Shown here: positions 60,957-64,000 of the stretch, piece by piece
How positions within the stretch are numbered: position 1 is the stretch's first letter
Layout: each line of letters starts with the position of its first letter
Origin: an uncultured Candidatus Rokubacteria bacterium
GTDB lineage: Bacteria > Methylomirabilota > Methylomirabilia > Rokubacteriales > CSP1-6
DNA: 64,000 nt
Reading direction: 5' to 3'
Assembly (NCBI GenBank): GCA_963754315.1
Contig: CAVWFS010000006.1
Span: forward strand, 96,001 to 160,000
Translations under genes and position numbers: made by a program
The notes under the pieces: generated by a model
Databases searched by the model: none
Seen by the model: only the letters and a program-made list of their open reading frames with translations
Told to the model about the DNA's origin: nothing

Positions 60957-61733
60957 GTGGACTACGGCTTTGCAGTCTTCGCCGGCGTTACCCCCGAGAT
61001 CATTCGCGCCTCCGCGCGCGAGGCCGAAGGCCTCGGGTTTCGGTCGTTCTGGGTGAACCATCCCGGCTCCGTCGATGGCCTGGTCGCGCTCGACCTGGCT
61101 GCGCGCGAGACGCGGCGTGTCGACCTCGGGATCGGGGTGATCCCCCTCCATACGCGCGGCCCCGAGAGCATCGTCGAGGGTGTGCGCGCCAACCATCTTC
61201 CGCTGGACCGCCTCCTGCTCGGCGTGGGTAGTCCCAATCCGGGGTCCCTCGCTCGTGTCCGATCGGGGATTGCCGCCTTGCGATCCGGACTCGGGTTGCG
61301 TCTCGTCGTGGCGGCGCTAGGGCCTCAGATGTGCCGTCTGGCCGGAGAGGTCGCCGACGGCGTGCTGTTCAACTGGCTCACCCCCGAGCACGCTCGCCTC
61401 TCAGCCGAGTGGGTGCGGGCGGGTGCGGCGGCGGCGGGCCGACGGCCGCCTCGACTCTTCGCCTATGTCCGCGTTGCGCTCGGGGCCGATGCTGGCGTTC
61501 GACTCGAGGAGGAAGGCGCCCGCTATGCGGGCATACCGGCCTACGGTGCGCATTTCGTCCGGATGGGCGTGAAGCCGGTCGAGACGGCGATCGCGGCACC
61601 GGAGCCGCAGGCGATCCCGCCCGCCCTGGCCCGCTGGAACGGCGTGATCGACGAGGTTGTCATTCGGGCCATCACTGCCACTGACACGGTCGAGGAGCAT
61701 CTGGCCCTGCTGCGGGCCGCGAAGCCTGGATAG
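60957..61733 (+). CDS. LLM-class flavin/F420 oxidoreductase
   Basis: AEGLGFRSFW, LGIGVIP, AALGPQMCRLAGEVADGVLFNW. Confidence 0.88.
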   Translation: MDYGFAVFAGVTPEIIRASAREAEGLGFRSFWVNHPGSVDGLVALDLAARETRRVDLGIGVIPLHTRGPESIVEGVRANHLPLDRLLLGVGSPNPGSLARVRSGIAALRSGLGLRLVVAALGPQMCRLAGEVADGVLFNWLTPEHARLSAEWVRAGAAAAGRRPPRLFAYVRVALGADAGVRLEEEGARYAGIPAYGAHFVRMGVKPVETAIAAPEPQAIPPALARWNGVIDEVVIRAITATDTVEEHLALLRAAKPG

Positions 61734-61750
61734 CTAACCGCGCAGGGAGT

Positions 61751-63559
61751 ATGGGCGGTTTCGAAGCCTGGTGTGCGCGAGGTCGCTCCGCAGTCCGTAG
61801 CGGTCGATTTGCCGAGGCCGAGACGGCCTATCGCGCTGCCATTCGGGCCGATCCTCGAAGCCTCAAAGCCCACCTCGAGCTCAGCATCGTACTGCGCCGC
61901 TGCCGCAAACCAGCTGAGGCAGAGGCCGTGCTGCTCGCCGCGCTCGAGCTCGATCCCCGATCTCCCACCACGCTCTTCGAACTGGGGGTCGCGGTCTTCG
62001 AGCAGGGCAAGTTCGAGGCGGCGGCCCGCACCTTCCGGCAACTGATCCAGGTCCGACCCGACTACGCGCGCGGGCACTTGAACCTCGGACTGGCCCTGGA
62101 ACGTCAGGGTTGCTATGCCGATGCGGAAGCGTCCTTCCGAGAAGCCCTTCGCTTGCGGCCCAACGACCCCGTGGTGCTGGGCAATCTCGGGACCGTGCTC
62201 AGACGACAGCGACGATCCGCCGAGGCCGAGGCGATCTACCGCGACGGCATCATCAGCGGCGCTGATCCCGCCTCCAGCCACACCGAGCTTGGCCGCGTCC
62301 TCTTCGAGCAGCGGCGATACGCCGAGTCCGCCGCCGCCTTTCGGGCTGCCATCGCTCTCCGCCCACGCGACACTCGTTCCCACGTCGGGCTCGGGCTGGC
62401 CTTGGAGCGCCAGGGAAAGCTCTCGGAGGCCCTGACAGCCTTCCGCCACGCGAGCCGGCTTCGACCGACGGACGCCAAGATCTATGAACGGATCGGCACC
62501 ACGCTCAAGAAGCGCAGTCGGTATGCGGAGGCGGTGGAGGCCTTCCGTCATGCGGTCGCCTTGGCCCCCAACAAGGCGCATGCTCACCACCAGCTCGGGG
62601 TGGTACTCGAGCGTCAGGGCCGGTTCGAGGAGGCCATCGCGTCGTTCCGCGATGCCATTCGTCATCGAACGGACAACATCCCGGTCCATGTGAGCCTCGC
62701 CAACACGCTGCGTCGGCTGGGCCGTTGGATGGAAGAGGCTGCCGTCTACGCCGACGCCATCCGCGTGCGACCCGACGACCCCGACCTGCACGCGGAGCGT
62801 GGACTGGCGCTCGGAAGTCTTGGCGAGTATGCCCAGGCCGTTGAGGCGCTCCGCCGCGCCGTGGGGCTGCGTCCGGATGATTCGGAACTCCACTATGAAT
62901 TGGGCGTGGCCCTCGGCCGGCAAGGCAAGCACGCCGAGGCGGAGATCGCATTGCGGGAGGCGGTCCGCCTCCAGCCGAGCTCCATTAAGGCCCGGGCGAA
63001 CCTCGCCCTGGGGCTCGGCCGCCAGGGCCGGCACGCCGAGGCCGAGGCGGCCTACCGTGAGGCCCTTGTCCTGCGGCCGGATCATCCCGCTCTGCGGCGC
63101 GGATTGGGGGTTTCCCTCTACTGGCAGGGCCGCTACGCGGAGGCCGAGGCGGCCTTCACCCAGACCATCCAGCTCAAGCCCGACTACACCAGGGCCCACT
63201 GCGACCTCGGGGAGATGCTCGCCGAGCAACGCCGCCTCCCGGAGGCGGAGGCCGCCTATCAGGGCGCTCTCTCCCTCGACGCCGATTCCGTCACCGCTCA
63301 CGCCGCGCTGGCCGGCATGCTGCTCGGCCAGGGGCGGCTCGAGGAGGCGGAGCACCACTGCCGCGAGGCGCTGCGCGTCGACCCCTCCATGGCCCGGGCT
63401 CATTTCACGCTCTGGGAGATCCTCGAGCAACAGGGCAAGTATGCCGCCCTCGAAGCAGCCGCCCTGGCCGTCCTTGCCCTCAAGCCGGACCATGCCGACG
63501 CTCACGCCCGGTTAACTCGGGCGCGCGCCCTGCAGGCCCGCGAGGGACAGCGCGCCTGA
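61751..63559 (+). CDS. Tetratricopeptide-repeat protein (TPR over the full length)
   Basis: Recurrent LG..L..QG...EA...FR.A..L.P 34-aa units across about 600 aa. Confidence 0.92.
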   Translation: MGGFEAWCARGRSAVRSGRFAEAETAYRAAIRADPRSLKAHLELSIVLRRCRKPAEAEAVLLAALELDPRSPTTLFELGVAVFEQGKFEAAARTFRQLIQVRPDYARGHLNLGLALERQGCYADAEASFREALRLRPNDPVVLGNLGTVLRRQRRSAEAEAIYRDGIISGADPASSHTELGRVLFEQRRYAESAAAFRAAIALRPRDTRSHVGLGLALERQGKLSEALTAFRHASRLRPTDAKIYERIGTTLKKRSRYAEAVEAFRHAVALAPNKAHAHHQLGVVLERQGRFEEAIASFRDAIRHRTDNIPVHVSLANTLRRLGRWMEEAAVYADAIRVRPDDPDLHAERGLALGSLGEYAQAVEALRRAVGLRPDDSELHYELGVALGRQGKHAEAEIALREAVRLQPSSIKARANLALGLGRQGRHAEAEAAYREALVLRPDHPALRRGLGVSLYWQGRYAEAEAAFTQTIQLKPDYTRAHCDLGEMLAEQRRLPEAEAAYQGALSLDADSVTAHAALAGMLLGQGRLEEAEHHCREALRVDPSMARAHFTLWEILEQQGKYAALEAAALAVLALKPDHADAHARLTRARALQAREGQRA

Positions 63560-63652
63560 GGGGGCCCCGCCGTGCGTCTTGCCTCCGTCGGGTGGTTCAG
63601 GTAGCCTTGGCGAACTTCCCGGAGAACACCTAGCGCGGAGGGCGCCAGCGAC

Positions 63653-63850
63653 ATGGCCAGACTCCCCATCGATGCCGTCGAGAGGATGGTGGCCGAGCGA
63701 CCCGGTAGCACCCTGGAGAGCGCGCTCGAGGTGTTCGAGGTCTTCGCCAGTGGTTCGCTGACGGACGAGGTCTATATCCTGGAGGACGTCGGGGGCAAGC
63801 GCATCGCCATCGCCCCCGCTGCCCTCAAGGAAAAGTTTCGCAGGGGGTGA
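63653..63850 (+). CDS. Small hypothetical protein (65 aa)
   Basis: GGAGG SD, GC3-biased codons, 4-bp gap to next gene. Confidence 0.7.
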   Translation: MARLPIDAVERMVAERPGSTLESALEVFEVFASGSLTDEVYILEDVGGKRIAIAPAALKEKFRRG

Positions 63851-63854
63851 CATC

Positions 63855-64000
63855 ATGGCGATCATCACGATCTCGCATCAGATGGGAGCGGGCGGGCCCG
63901 AGATCGGCATGGCCCTGGGCCAGCGGCTCGGGTTCCACTACGTCGACCAGGAATTGCTCTCCGACGCCGTGCGCCGTTACGGAGTCGCCGAAGAAAAGCT
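63855..64000 (+). CDS. Cytidylate-kinase-like family protein, 3' truncated by window edge
   Basis: MAIITISHQMGAGGPEIGMALGQRLGFHYVDQELL P-loop-like N-terminus. Confidence 0.8.
   Translation, partial: MAIITISHQMGAGGPEIGMALGQRLGFHYVDQELLSDAVRRYGVAEEK

Noticed and set aside
61541..63505. 654-aa repetitive minus-strand ORF
   Set aside because: Mirror of the TPR gene; its periodicity derives from the TPR repeats

Overview
GC-rich bacterial window. The gene repertoire (ABC_sub_bind-type binding protein, many LLM oxidoreductases and liv/dpp transporters, OprB porin, REP-like GGGGGGCCC hairpins) suggests an uncultured diderm soil lineage such as Ca. Rokubacteria/Methylomirabilota; this is inference only. 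Many genes carry 1-2 bp indels, densest at about 4.5-10 kb, most consistent with long-read errors. Left part (about 0.9-26.7 kb): a minus-strand, largely ATGA/GTGA-coupled surface-polysaccharide locus. It holds three GT4s, a methyltransferase, a FemAB/GNAT protein, two ATP-grasp ligases (one fused to an LMW tyrosine phosphatase), an acyltransferase, a DegT aminotransferase, a probable phosphoglycosyl-transferase/CapD-N/SDR triple fusion, an atypical LysA-fold PLP enzyme, Wzx, an SGNH protein and a deacetylase. A DsbA relic and two Cys-rich LVIVD-repeat paralogues interrupt it. A sigma54 promoter precedes it, with a modular pectate-lyase-like gene and a sigma54 activator lacking a sensory domain upstream. 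Middle: nucleoside deaminase, ABM-membrane protein, OprB and glgP. Right part (33-64 kb): amino-acid, D-amino-acid and amide scavenging genes (carbamoylase, LLM, enolase-family, dpp, D-aminoacylase, MmgE/PrpD, hydantoinase, variant asparaginase, plant-type D-amino-acid transaminase, liv operon), then TauD, MBL hydrolase, tungsten-type AOR and a TPR protein. No tRNA, rRNA, transposase or CRISPR array was recognised. The strongest candidate for an undescribed system is the amino-acid/amine-decorating glycan pathway with its unusual fusions.
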